DNA from: Bacillota bacterium
GTDB taxonomy: Bacteria; Bacillota; Clostridia; Oscillospirales; QAMX01
DNA length: 64,000 nt
Assembly (NCBI GenBank): GCA_033813635.1
Contig: JAPXRI010000009.1
Span: 2,858 to 66,857, forward strand
Direction: 5' to 3'
Shown: piece after piece, positions 55,956 to 64,000 of the stretch
How the letters are laid out: each line of letters begins with the position of its first letter
Position numbering within the stretch: position 1 is the stretch's first letter
Notes under the pieces: model-generated
Told to the model about the DNA's origin: nothing
Seen by the model: the letters and a program-made list of their open reading frames with translations, nothing else
Database searches by the model: none
Position numbers and translations under genes: made by a program

Positions 55956-57323
55956 CTATTTCGCAAACAGCTCTTCAAGCGCGCTCTGCAGTTTGGCCCC
56001 GAAGGCCTCCGCGGCGTTTTCCGGCGCGACCGTCCCGCCGAGCACTGCGCCGTATAGCTCCGAAACACATTCATTCGCCTCGCCGCCAAAGCCCGCGGTA
56101 TTCAGCGCGGCGTTCGGGAGCAGGTATTCCGTCACAACCCGGTAGGAGTCTTCGCAGTCCAGCAGCACATAGGTCTTCAGGTATTTCAGATATTCATCCC
56201 CGCTCTGGAGCTTTCGGGAGATTTTATCAATCAGATAAGCCGCCTTATCCGGCTCCGCGCAGGACGCGGGCATGCAGAAGAGCCTCGCGTCCGCTCTCGT
56301 CAGCGTATATCCCTCGGCGTCCGGCCCCTTCGGGACCGGCAGGAATCCGAACGGATTTCCGCTGGAAAGTATCTGCGCCCTTTCGCGTATGCCGCCCGTT
56401 TCCGAAACGCCGAGGAAACCGGCCCTTCCTTCTAAAAACAGTTCTACCCTGTCAGCCTCCGACAGTCCGGAAAGGTCCCCGGCTTCCGAGACATTTTTTA
56501 TAAAGTCAAGCGAGGTCGTAAATTTTCTGTCAGCGAGGTTTGCCTTCCATTTTCCGTCAGATGCATTATAAACCACCGGCCCGGCCCCGTTGCTCAGCGC
56601 CTCGCCCTCCGGGCAGCCCAGCGCGATTCCGAAATTGCCCCGCGCCCCGCCGCTGTCCTTTGATATTTTTACCGCGATCTCGAGCATTTTTTCATACGTC
56701 CACTGTCCGTCGTACACCAGCTTGAATACGCTCTCCGCCGGATAACCCGCCGCGGCGGTCAGAACCTTGTTGAATGCGTAGAGATAGCCCGGGTCCGGAG
56801 CGATGTACGCGCCCGACAGGTCTACGCCGTAGGTGTGCTCCTCCCCGTCGAGGGCAAAATCCGATAGGTGGGTATAGGGCTGATAAAAGCAGGCCGCGTC
56901 GTTGACGTCGAGCCCGGCTCTCCGCATTTCGTTCGTATCCAGCGGCAAAAGCGCACCCTGCGCAAGAAGCGGAATCCACTCGTTCTGCGAAAGCTGCGCA
57001 AAGCCGTTTATCGGCGTCCCCGACGAAACCGTGGCAATCACCGCTTCGGCGCCGCCCGAAAGCTCGGTGAACTTAATCTTGCAGCCGTATTCGCTCTCGA
57101 TTTCCCCGTAGATTTCCGCAAGCCGGTCCGCGAACGATGTGAACCGCCATTGCTCGCCCGACGGGTTGAGCGCGTCCGCCCCGGCAAATATGAATTCGTA
57201 CCCGCCCAGGTCCCTGGGAGCCGCTGTTTCCGCGGATGTCTCCGCGGCACCCGCAGGTTTGGAACAGCCCGCAAACGCCGCCAGCGCGGCCGCGAGGATA
57301 AGGCACCAGACCTTGATTTTCAT
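55956..57323 (-). CDS. Orphan ABC-type solute-binding lipoprotein (paralog 2)
   Basis: Lipobox AAFAGCSKP. 455 aa. Motifs CFYQPYTHL, QWTYEKMLEIA, GIALGC, KWKAN, DSYRVVTEYLLP. Confidence 0.75.
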   Translation of the reverse strand: MKIKVWCLILAAALAAFAGCSKPAGAAETSAETAAPRDLGGYEFIFAGADALNPSGEQWRFTSFADRLAEIYGEIESEYGCKIKFTELSGGAEAVIATVSSGTPINGFAQLSQNEWIPLLAQGALLPLDTNEMRRAGLDVNDAACFYQPYTHLSDFALDGEEHTYGVDLSGAYIAPDPGYLYAFNKVLTAAAGYPAESVFKLVYDGQWTYEKMLEIAVKISKDSGGARGNFGIALGCPEGEALSNGAGPVVYNASDGKWKANLADRKFTTSLDFIKNVSEAGDLSGLSEADRVELFLEGRAGFLGVSETGGIRERAQILSSGNPFGFLPVPKGPDAEGYTLTRADARLFCMPASCAEPDKAAYLIDKISRKLQSGDEYLKYLKTYVLLDCEDSYRVVTEYLLPNAALNTAGFGGEANECVSELYGAVLGGTVAPENAAEAFGAKLQSALEELFAK

Positions 57324-57559
57324 ACTGTTCTCCTTTCGCGTTTTTACCTTTCCGTATCACGATAATATTTTATTATTATTCTCCGATATTATCTATCGTC
57401 AATACAGCTAAATCCGCGCCACCGGATTTGTGAGATTATACAAATCCCGGCGCGCATTAATCTGCGGAATATACGATTGCTCATATTCTTGCTTTGTATC
57501 TTTTGTCCCGGTTTTGTGCTATAATCATCCGTGGGACAATCTTCCGAAAGGAGACGCAT

Positions 57560-58558
57560 ATGGGTTTTTTCAACCGCGCATTGTCCGGCCTTTGCCTCGC
57601 GGGCGAGCCAGTCAGGCTCTGCCCGGCGGAAATGAAACCGCTCAAAGGCAATCTTTATTCGAAGCCTTTGCCCGGCGCTGCGGAGCGGAGAGCTTTCTTC
57701 CGCTCGAGTTCACCCTCGCTCCCGGGGACGAAACCCATGCCGAGCCCCTTAGGCGGCTGCTCTTCGAACACCACGGGCTTCCCGTTTTTCGATCTCTCGC
57801 CGGAGGACAGGCCGTATGTCTTCGGCATCGGCTGGTCGGGCCAGCGGCAGCAGGGATGTCTCCGTGTCCGACTGTGCGGTGACGGTAAAAGCAAGCCTCT
57901 GCGACGCGGATTTCTATCTTAGGCCGGGCGAGGAGGTCGCTCTTCCGTCCGTAATCTGCCCCGAGGGCGGCGAGGTCTCCGACGCGCGCAGGCAATTCCG
58001 CGCGCTGCTGCGGGAGAGCTTCAGCCCGCGCACGCGCCTCGGCGATAAACTGGATATCCCCCTCGCCATCCAGCCCTTCGACCGGTATTTCAGGCATGTC
58101 CCGGAGTGGGCGACCGAGGCCGGGCAGCTTAAACATGTAAACGGGCTCTACCGCCTGTGGGCCACGCTGCTTGACGCTTTCCCCGGCCTTTTAATCCACA
58201 ACTGCTCGAGCGGAGGCAGCGGATTCTCGCCGAGGAGCAGCGGCTTGAAAAATACTGGGACGGGGATTTCTACCCTCTGACCGAGCCGACGATCGACGAG
58301 AGCGGTTGGTGCGCCTGGCAGCTCTCGCTCGGCGATTCCGGCGCCGTTATCGCCTTCCGCCGGGAGGACTGCGTGAAAAACAGCTTCAAGGCGGCACTCT
58401 CCGCGATATCCGGCGAGAAGACGTACCGCGTCACCCTCACGGATGAGGGTCGTTCGCAGACAGTTCGGGATATATCCGGCGCGGAGCTCTCGGAGGGCAT
58501 CCTCCTTGAGACCCGCGGCCCGCGCGAGAGCGCTGTTCTGGAATACCGGGCGCTGTAA
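57560..58558 (+). pseudogene. Degraded GH36-like (alpha-galactosidase family) glycoside hydrolase remnant
   Basis: AAAGGAG RBS plus ATG at 57560. Recognisable pieces lie in all three frames: FLPLEFTLAPGDE (frame 1); YVFGIGWSGQ (frame 2); FYLRPGEEVALPSVI and LIHNCSSGG (frame 0); GDFYPLTEP...AFRRED...YRVTLTDEG (frame 2). At ~1 kb it is far too short for the family. Confidence 0.5.
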
Positions 58559-58585
58559 TCATAAAAAACTCATAGGAGAAAAATC

Positions 58586-59323
58586 ATGGGGATAATAAAA
58601 TACGGTTTTCTTGACGTGGACGGGACGAAAATCGAGTATGAGGTGAGCGGGAAACCGGACGGCGAGCCGCTGTTGCTGCTGGCTGGCAACGGCGGGGACA
58701 TGCACTGCTTTGAGGACAGCCTTTTGCCCGAGCTCTCCGAGCGCTTCAAGATTCTCCGCCTTTCCACCCGGGGCACCGGCAAATCGGACCGTGGACCCGG
58801 CAGGCTCACCTTCGAGACGGAGGCAGACGACATCCGCGCGCTTCTCGACAGTCTTGGCATCGATAAAACCAATATTTTCGGCTTCAGCGACGGCGGAAAC
58901 CTCGGCCTTGTCTTTACGGTCGCGTACCAGGAAAGGGTCAAAGCGCTCGCGGTAATGGGGTCAAACCTGAACACCTTAGGGACGAAGACTCGGGAACAGC
59001 TCAAGATACACAAGAAGTTCGTAGCACTCTCGCGCAAGGCCAAAAAGACAAACGACCCCGCCGTCGCGCTGGCACGCGACATCGAGGGCATGATGGTAGG
59101 CCAGCCCCGCCTGAACTTCAAAAAAATCAGCGTGATTAAGGTGCCGTTTCTGAATATCTACGGCGAACACGATATGATCAAGCGCCGCCACTCCCGCAGT
59201 ATAACCAGAGCCGTCGAAAACGGCGATGAAATGATGATCCTGAACCGCGGCCACGGCTCGTCGTTTGACAAAAGCCGCCTCTTCATTATCCCCGTTCTCC
59301 TCCGTTTCTTCGGCGCGATATAG
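58586..59323 (+). CDS. Alpha/beta hydrolase
   Basis: Nucleophile elbow GFSDGGN. 245 aa. Typical LLLLAGNGGD start of the fold. Confidence 0.75.
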   Translation: MGIIKYGFLDVDGTKIEYEVSGKPDGEPLLLLAGNGGDMHCFEDSLLPELSERFKILRLSTRGTGKSDRGPGRLTFETEADDIRALLDSLGIDKTNIFGFSDGGNLGLVFTVAYQERVKALAVMGSNLNTLGTKTREQLKIHKKFVALSRKAKKTNDPAVALARDIEGMMVGQPRLNFKKISVIKVPFLNIYGEHDMIKRRHSRSITRAVENGDEMMILNRGHGSSFDKSRLFIIPVLLRFFGAI

Positions 59324-59328
59324 ACGCT

Positions 59329-59362
59329 AAAGGGAAAATCCGCGACGGATTTTCCCTTTTAT
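59329..59362 (+). terminator. Intrinsic terminator
   Basis: 14-bp stem AAAGGGAAAATCCG / CGGATTTTCCCTTT. Confidence 0.65.
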
Positions 59363-59447
59363 ATTAATATTTATTTGCAGCGTAAAGAAATCCCGGCTTT
59401 TTGTGACCTATATATGGAACCTGCGAACTCGGAGAGGGAATCGCGAT

Positions 59448-59636
59448 ATGACCGAGTATTACAGATGGCTGTACGCCTATGTTTTCAACAGGCTGCACTC
59501 CTTTTCCGACACGGAGGACGTGCTGCAGGAAACCTATCTCTGCGCGCTTTTAAACCGCCTTTTTGCCCATGTTGGTACCGTTGTCCGGAAGCTCCGTCTC
59601 TGTGCCGTTTTTTTAAGAACGCGGCAATATGTTTGA
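59448..59636 (+). pseudogene. Possible remnant of an ECF-type sigma factor (region 2 N-terminus only)
   Basis: GGAGAGGG RBS. MTEYYRWLYAYVFNRLHSFSDTEDVLQETYLCALLN resembles the sigma-70 region 2 start (..DAEDv.QETfl.a..). The remainder is unrelated and stops after 62 aa. Confidence 0.3.
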
Positions 59637-59661
59637 TATTTCCGGGGGCGCATGGTATAAT
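59633..59661 (+). promoter_or_regulatory. Sigma-A promoter with extended -10 for nfeD-floA
   Basis: TTGATA (59633-38), 17 nt spacer ending in TGG, TATAAT (59656-61). Confidence 0.55.
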
Positions 59662-59723
59662 GGAACCGATGAAATTAAAACAAAAAGAGCTTTCATCAAA
59701 AATAACGATAACGGAGGTATCGC

Positions 59724-60245
59724 ATGGCACCCGCGTTTTTTGCTCTCGGTTTCGGAAATTTCATCGGAAATATCGACACCGTTTCGGCAATACTGTATAT
59801 CGCCGGAATCATCCTGCTCTTTGTCGAGATGTTCATACCGGGGTTCGGCATCGCCGGCGGGATAGGCACGGCGCTTATTATCGTCGGCATTATAATGACC
59901 GCCACCAGCGTTCTAGAAGCGGTGCTGATGTTCCTCATTCTGCTCGCCCTTGTGGCGCTGGTCCTCGTACTTATTCTGCGCTCTGCTAAAAAAGGAAAGC
60001 TCTCTAAAAAGCTGATTCTCCGCAGTGCCGCGACCCGCGGCGAGGGCTTCTCCGCGTCGGAGGACACCTCGTCCCTTGTGGGGTTCGAGGGCGTAGCGGC
60101 GACAAAGCTCCGCCCCGCCGGGACAGGAGAGTTCGACGGGAAGCGCCTCGACGTGGTCTCCGACGGCGAGTTCATCGAGCCGGGCTCAAAAATCAAAATT
60201 ACCTCCGCGCAGGGTAGAAAAATCGTAGTGAAATCAATTAAGTAA
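59724..60245 (+). CDS. NfeD family membrane protein
   Basis: TM N-terminal half and a C-terminal OB-like segment (GVAATKLRPAGTGEFDGKRLDVVSDGEFIEPGSKIKI). Confidence 0.8.
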   Translation: MAPAFFALGFGNFIGNIDTVSAILYIAGIILLFVEMFIPGFGIAGGIGTALIIVGIIMTATSVLEAVLMFLILLALVALVLVLILRSAKKGKLSKKLILRSAATRGEGFSASEDTSSLVGFEGVAATKLRPAGTGEFDGKRLDVVSDGEFIEPGSKIKITSAQGRKIVVKSIK

Positions 60246-60264
60246 AATATAAAGCGAAAGGACG

Positions 60265-61263
60265 ATGGCCATGGACCCCGTGTTGCTCTATCTGCTCGTT
60301 ATAGCAGGAGTTATCTTTATCCTCTCTCTGTTTTTCAGCTTCATTCCCGTCAGGCTCTGGATATCGGCCGCCGCCGCGGGCGTAAAGGTCGGCATTTTCA
60401 ACCTGATCGGCATGCGCCTGCGCCGCGTCGCGCCGTCCCGGGTCGTGAACCCGATGATCAAGGCGACGAAAGCCGGGCTTGACGTCAACATCAACAAGCT
60501 CGAGGCCCACTACCTCGCCGGCGGCAATGTCGACAGAGTCGTCAACGCCCTTGTGGCCGCGCAGAGGGCGGACATCCCGCTGCAGTTTGAGCGCGCGGCC
60601 GCGATCGACCTCGCCGGCCGGGACGTCCTCGAGGCCGTCCAGATGAGCGTCAACCCGAAGGTCATCGAGACGCCGCTTATCGCCGCGATCGCGAAGGACG
60701 GCATTGAGCTCAAGGCAAAGGCGAGAGTCACCGTCAGGGCCAATATCGACAGGCTCGTCGGCGGCGCCGGGGAGCAGACGATCATCGCCCGGGTCGGCGA
60801 GGGCATAGTAACCACCATCGGCTCGGCGCTCTCCCACAAAGACGTTTTGGAAAACCCCGACAGGATCTCGAACACGGTCCTAACCAAGGGTCTCGACGCA
60901 GGCACCGCGTTTGAGATTCTCTCAATCGATATCGCGGATGTGGACGTGGGCCGCAACATCGGCGCCCAGCTGCAGACCGACCAGGCCGAGGCCGACAAGC
61001 GCATCGCCCAGGCAAAGGCCGAGGAGCGCCGCGCGATGGCCGTGGCGACAGAGCAGGAGATGAAGGCCGCCGTCGTCGAAATGCGCGCGAAGGTCATAGA
61101 GGCCGAGGCCGAGGTCCCAAAGGCGATGGCCGAGGCGCTCCGCGAGGGCAAGCTCGGCGTTATGGATTACTACAATATGCAAAACATCATCTCCGATACC
61201 CAGATGAGAAACACCATCGCCAACACCGGCAAGCCCGACGCCGCTCCCCCGACGGTTAAATGA
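60265..61263 (+). CDS. floA: Flotillin-like protein FloA (SPFH domain, UPF0365)
   Basis: [30 protein letters not shown]...[19 protein letters not shown]... is highly characteristic of FloA/YqfA. Confidence 0.9.
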   Translation: MAMDPVLLYLLVIAGVIFILSLFFSFIPVRLWISAAAAGVKVGIFNLIGMRLRRVAPSRVVNPMIKATKAGLDVNINKLEAHYLAGGNVDRVVNALVAAQRADIPLQFERAAAIDLAGRDVLEAVQMSVNPKVIETPLIAAIAKDGIELKAKARVTVRANIDRLVGGAGEQTIIARVGEGIVTTIGSALSHKDVLENPDRISNTVLTKGLDAGTAFEILSIDIADVDVGRNIGAQLQTDQAEADKRIAQAKAEERRAMAVATEQEMKAAVVEMRAKVIEAEAEVPKAMAEALREGKLGVMDYYNMQNIISDTQMRNTIANTGKPDAAPPTVK

Positions 61264-61297
61264 TTGCGGATAAACGGCGAAAGGAGGCTTTCAGGCC

Positions 61298-61630
61298 GTG
61301 AACGGATTGAGCGGATTAAGCGGGCTTTTGGACCTGCTCGGTGAATTGGCGAACACGCAAGTCCGGCGTTTTGAGCCGGCAAACAGGATGCAGCCGCAAA
61401 ATTTCCAGCCACCCCGCGTCTCTGAGGTCCCGGCAAAGACGGAAGCCGCTCCCGCGGACAGCGCGGTGGATCTGCCTCCCGAGGAAAAGCAGCAGCCGGT
61501 GCAGCGGGAGATTCTGGCAGAGACCCCTGTATTCACCAGGGAACAGCTTGTCTCCGGCCTTGTGATGGCAGAAATTCTCGGAAAACCCGTCGCTTACAGG
61601 CGGAGCCGCGGCCGTTACGGTCTCGGCTGA
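61298..61630 (+). CDS. Hypothetical small protein downstream of floA
   Basis: AAAGGAGG RBS then GTG start. 110 aa with a Pro/Gln-rich middle and C-terminal LVSGLVMAEILGKP. A terminator follows. Confidence 0.5.
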   Translation: MNGLSGLSGLLDLLGELANTQVRRFEPANRMQPQNFQPPRVSEVPAKTEAAPADSAVDLPPEEKQQPVQREILAETPVFTREQLVSGLVMAEILGKPVAYRRSRGRYGLG

Positions 61631-61660
61631 CCTAACACCCATTATAATTTATAGTTCCGA

Positions 61661-61697
61661 AGGCCGCCGCGAAAAGCATTTCGCGGCGGCCTTTTTC
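61661..61697 (+). terminator. Intrinsic terminator
   Basis: 13-bp stem GGCCGCCGCGAAA / TTTCGCGGCGGCC followed by TTTTT. Confidence 0.75.
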
Positions 61698-61758
61698 ACA
61701 AAACGCGGTATGCCTCATAGGATGTAGTGCGGAACTGGTATAACGAGGTGATTATATC

Positions 61759-62169
61759 TTGGACATGGTCGTACTGCAAACGCAGCGGGCTTACATAGAG
61801 GCGGAGACGAAGGATGCCGAGCTCTACAGAGAGCTTTCGAAAATCGCGCAAAACGCGGAATTCCGTCAGCTGCTGCTTCAGTTCTCGGACGACGAGCAGC
61901 TGCACGCCGATTTATTTGGCAGCATATATAAAAAAATGACCGGAAAAACCTATTCGCCGGAGATCATGAAGCCTGTCTTCACCGGGTCCTTCTTCGACAT
62001 CCTGAGGGAACGGGTGATTGACGAGAGCGGGGACTACCGAAAATATGCGGAAAAATACATCGACACGCAGAAAAACGAAGCGCTGAAGGACGCTTATTAC
62101 CGGGCGAGGACCGACGAAAACGTTCACGCACTGAGGCTTTTATACATGCTGAGCACCGAGGGAAAATAG
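61759..62169 (+). CDS. Ferritin-like/rubrerythrin-like four-helix protein
   Basis: E..E....H patterns (EAETKDAELYREL, DDEQLHADLF, DESGDYRKYAE, DENVHALRL). The start is TTG at 61759 or ATG at 61765. Confidence 0.6.
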   Translation: MDMVVLQTQRAYIEAETKDAELYRELSKIAQNAEFRQLLLQFSDDEQLHADLFGSIYKKMTGKTYSPEIMKPVFTGSFFDILRERVIDESGDYRKYAEKYIDTQKNEALKDAYYRARTDENVHALRLLYMLSTEGK

Positions 62170-62227
62170 CGGCTAAAATAAGCCGGTGCCAAACGCATTT
62201 GCGCGCTTGGCATCGGCAATTTCTTTT

Positions 62228-64000
62228 TTATTTTATCGCGGTGCCGTTCGGGATGCTGCCGTCCACGAAAACCACCTTGCAGCCGCAGGCGTTGTTCGTT
62301 CCTGCGAGGAGCATGCCCTGCGAGGTCACTCCGGTGATGCGCGCGGGCTTTAAGTTCGCAACGACGATGATTTTCTTGCCCACAAGCTCTTCCGGCTTGT
62401 AGTCGTGCTTTATCGACGAGACGATCACGCGCTCGCCGAGGCCGTCGTCAAGGGTGAGCTTATAGCAGTTCTGCGATTTTCTTATCTCCTGGCACTTGAG
62501 GATCTCACAGACGCGCAGGTCAAGCTTATCGAAATAATCTATGTCGACCTCCGGCTTGACCGGCTTCACCGGGTCCGGCTCGCGCTGCTCCGGCGCGGGT
62601 TCCTCCTCCGGGGCCTCTTCATCAGGCGCCGTTTCGGCCCTCTCCTCCTCCGCGGTCTTCGGGTAGGAAAAATCCAGAAGCGGAAGGTAGCGCTCTTTTT
62701 CTATCGCGAACAGGAACAGATAGAGCCTCGGGCCCTTTTCCTTGCCGATTAAAAGCCTGTAGACATTTTTGAAAAATATGCTCTGGAGCTCCTTGCGCGC
62801 GTTCTGGTCGTCGTTCTCGAGCCCGTAGACCTTCTGCGGGATCGCGTAGATTGCGGCGTTCAGTTCATCCAGCGTATAGCTGCCGTTGGAGAGGTAGCTG
62901 TGAAGCTCGGCAATCTCCTGTTTTTCCTCCGCGGACAGGGTCTCGTAGACCTCCCAGTTCCGGTGTTCGCGCAGGCGGTTGACATTTTCCGGACTGCACT
63001 TCTCAAGCCAGAATTTCGCGCGGCCGAGCCTGTCCGCAAACTCCGCCTCCTTGTACGGCGTCCCGATCTTCTCAAAGACCGTTTCCAGCATCGCCGGGTT
63101 AAAATCCACCACCGAGCCGAGCTGCACAAGCAGGCTCATCGGTACGGGCTTTATCTCTCTGCCCTCGATCAGGCAGTTTTCCATAATTTCGCGGACGGTC
63201 TCGTCGGCCTTCCCGCTCAGGTAATCGCCGTACATCCTGTCAAACTCGAAATACTGCTTTAGTATCCCGTCGTCAAAGCAGAAATCGAAGGCCTTGGTCG
63301 GGTCGGTCTTCGCGTAGAGCCAGAGAATGACCTCGGGCTGGTAAAGATTAAGGAGCACCTCGGGGGTCAGGTTCAGACCCGACGAGCTGGACATCTTGCC
63401 GGTCGACCCCTTGATGCCGATAAACTCGTAGCCCTGGAAAATCGGCGGCTCGTAGCCGAAGATTTTCTTCGAGATAACCTTTGAGGTCTGATAGCTTCCC
63501 ATCGGCGCTGCGTGGTCCTTGCCGCCCGGCTCGAAGTCGACGCCCTCGTATGCCCAGCGCATCGCCCAGTCCACTTTCCAGGAGAGCTTGCAGTTGTGGT
63601 CGTTTTTGAAATCAAATCTGCCGGCGTGTCCGCAGGCGCATTCATATTCGGCGGCCGCGGTCTTATCGTCGAACGCAGTGATCTTCGTCGTGTCCCTGCC
63701 GCAGACGGGACAGTAGATCGAAACCGGGAAATAGCTCTCCCGCTCCCCCGGCTGTGAATCCTGCGTGCGGAACGAATCCAGTATATCGAATATCTCGCCG
63801 CGTTTTTCAAGCGCCAGCAGAATATAGTCCGTGTATTTCCCCGAGCGGTACATCTCGGCCTGATGGCGGTAATCCATTTCGATGCCGAAGCGCCTGACCG
63901 ACCTCTCAAACTCCTGCTCGAAATGCTCCGCGTAGCTCTTCGCCTGCTTATCCTCCTCAAAGGGGTTCGGCACGTCGGCGTAGGGGCAGCCGATGTATTT
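62228..64000 (-). CDS. lysK: Class I lysine--tRNA ligase fused to a C-terminal Trbp111/CsaA-like tRNA-binding domain (N-terminus outside the window)
   Basis: KMSSS motif (GSTGKMSSSSG). Zn-type CPVCG...CACGH. Acidic/Pro-rich linker. C-terminal FDKLDLRVCEILKCQEI...IVVANLKPARITGVTSQGMLLA. The ORF is still open at nt 64000. Confidence 0.8.
   Translation of the reverse strand, partial: KYIGCPYADVPNPFEEDKQAKSYAEHFEQEFERSVRRFGIEMDYRHQAEMYRSGKYTDYILLALEKRGEIFDILDSFRTQDSQPGERESYFPVSIYCPVCGRDTTKITAFDDKTAAAEYECACGHAGRFDFKNDHNCKLSWKVDWAMRWAYEGVDFEPGGKDHAAPMGSYQTSKVISKKIFGYEPPIFQGYEFIGIKGSTGKMSSSSGLNLTPEVLLNLYQPEVILWLYAKTDPTKAFDFCFDDGILKQYFEFDRMYGDYLSGKADETVREIMENCLIEGREIKPVPMSLLVQLGSVVDFNPAMLETVFEKIGTPYKEAEFADRLGRAKFWLEKCSPENVNRLREHRNWEVYETLSAEEKQEIAELHSYLSNGSYTLDELNAAIYAIPQKVYGLENDDQNARKELQSIFFKNVYRLLIGKEKGPRLYLFLFAIEKERYLPLLDFSYPKTAEEERAETAPDEEAPEEEPAPEQREPDPVKPVKPEVDIDYFDKLDLRVCEILKCQEIRKSQNCYKLTLDDGLGERVIVSSIKHDYKPEELVGKKIIVVANLKPARITGVTSQGMLLAGTNNACGCKVVFVDGSIPNGTAIK

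Overview
GC-rich bacterial chromosomal segment. Composition was judged by eye, not computed, and there are a few clearly AT-rich patches. Gene content looks like an anaerobic Firmicute of the Clostridia (inference): rnfCDGEAB, NfeD/FloA, a DUF3048 lipoprotein, class I LysRS, HD-GYP signalling proteins and a SEDS protein. I can support about 55 protein genes, mostly on the minus strand up to about 43 kb and then a long plus-strand block. Housekeeping genes are murI, fba, coaE, sua5/tsaC, prfA, galK, pyrR-pyrP (with a recognisable PyrR attenuator), valS, lysK and the Rnf operon. Accessory blocks are (i) two tandem modular type IV pilin-like adhesin genes, (ii) a sulfatase/ABC/AraC sugar locus next to a DUF1680/GH127-like gene, and (iii) a decaying island at 50-59.7 kb. 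That island holds an amber-interrupted fibro-slime/PA14 protein, an orphan glycyl-radical enzyme, two orphan solute-binding lipoproteins, a shattered GH36-like pseudogene and a sigma-factor remnant. I saw no rRNA, tRNA, CRISPR array, transposase or integrase. Several near-consensus sigma-A promoters and strong intrinsic terminators are readable directly. The items most worth follow-up are the modular pilin pair, the activase-less eliminase-type glycyl-radical enzyme, the in-frame TAG in the fibro-slime gene, the 24-bp perfect tandem duplication between valS and rnfC, the Rnf operon extended by NusG-II/Gx-transporter genes, and the class I LysRS fused to a tRNA-binding domain. All family assignments come from motif recognition in the supplied translations and need HMM/BLAST confirmation.
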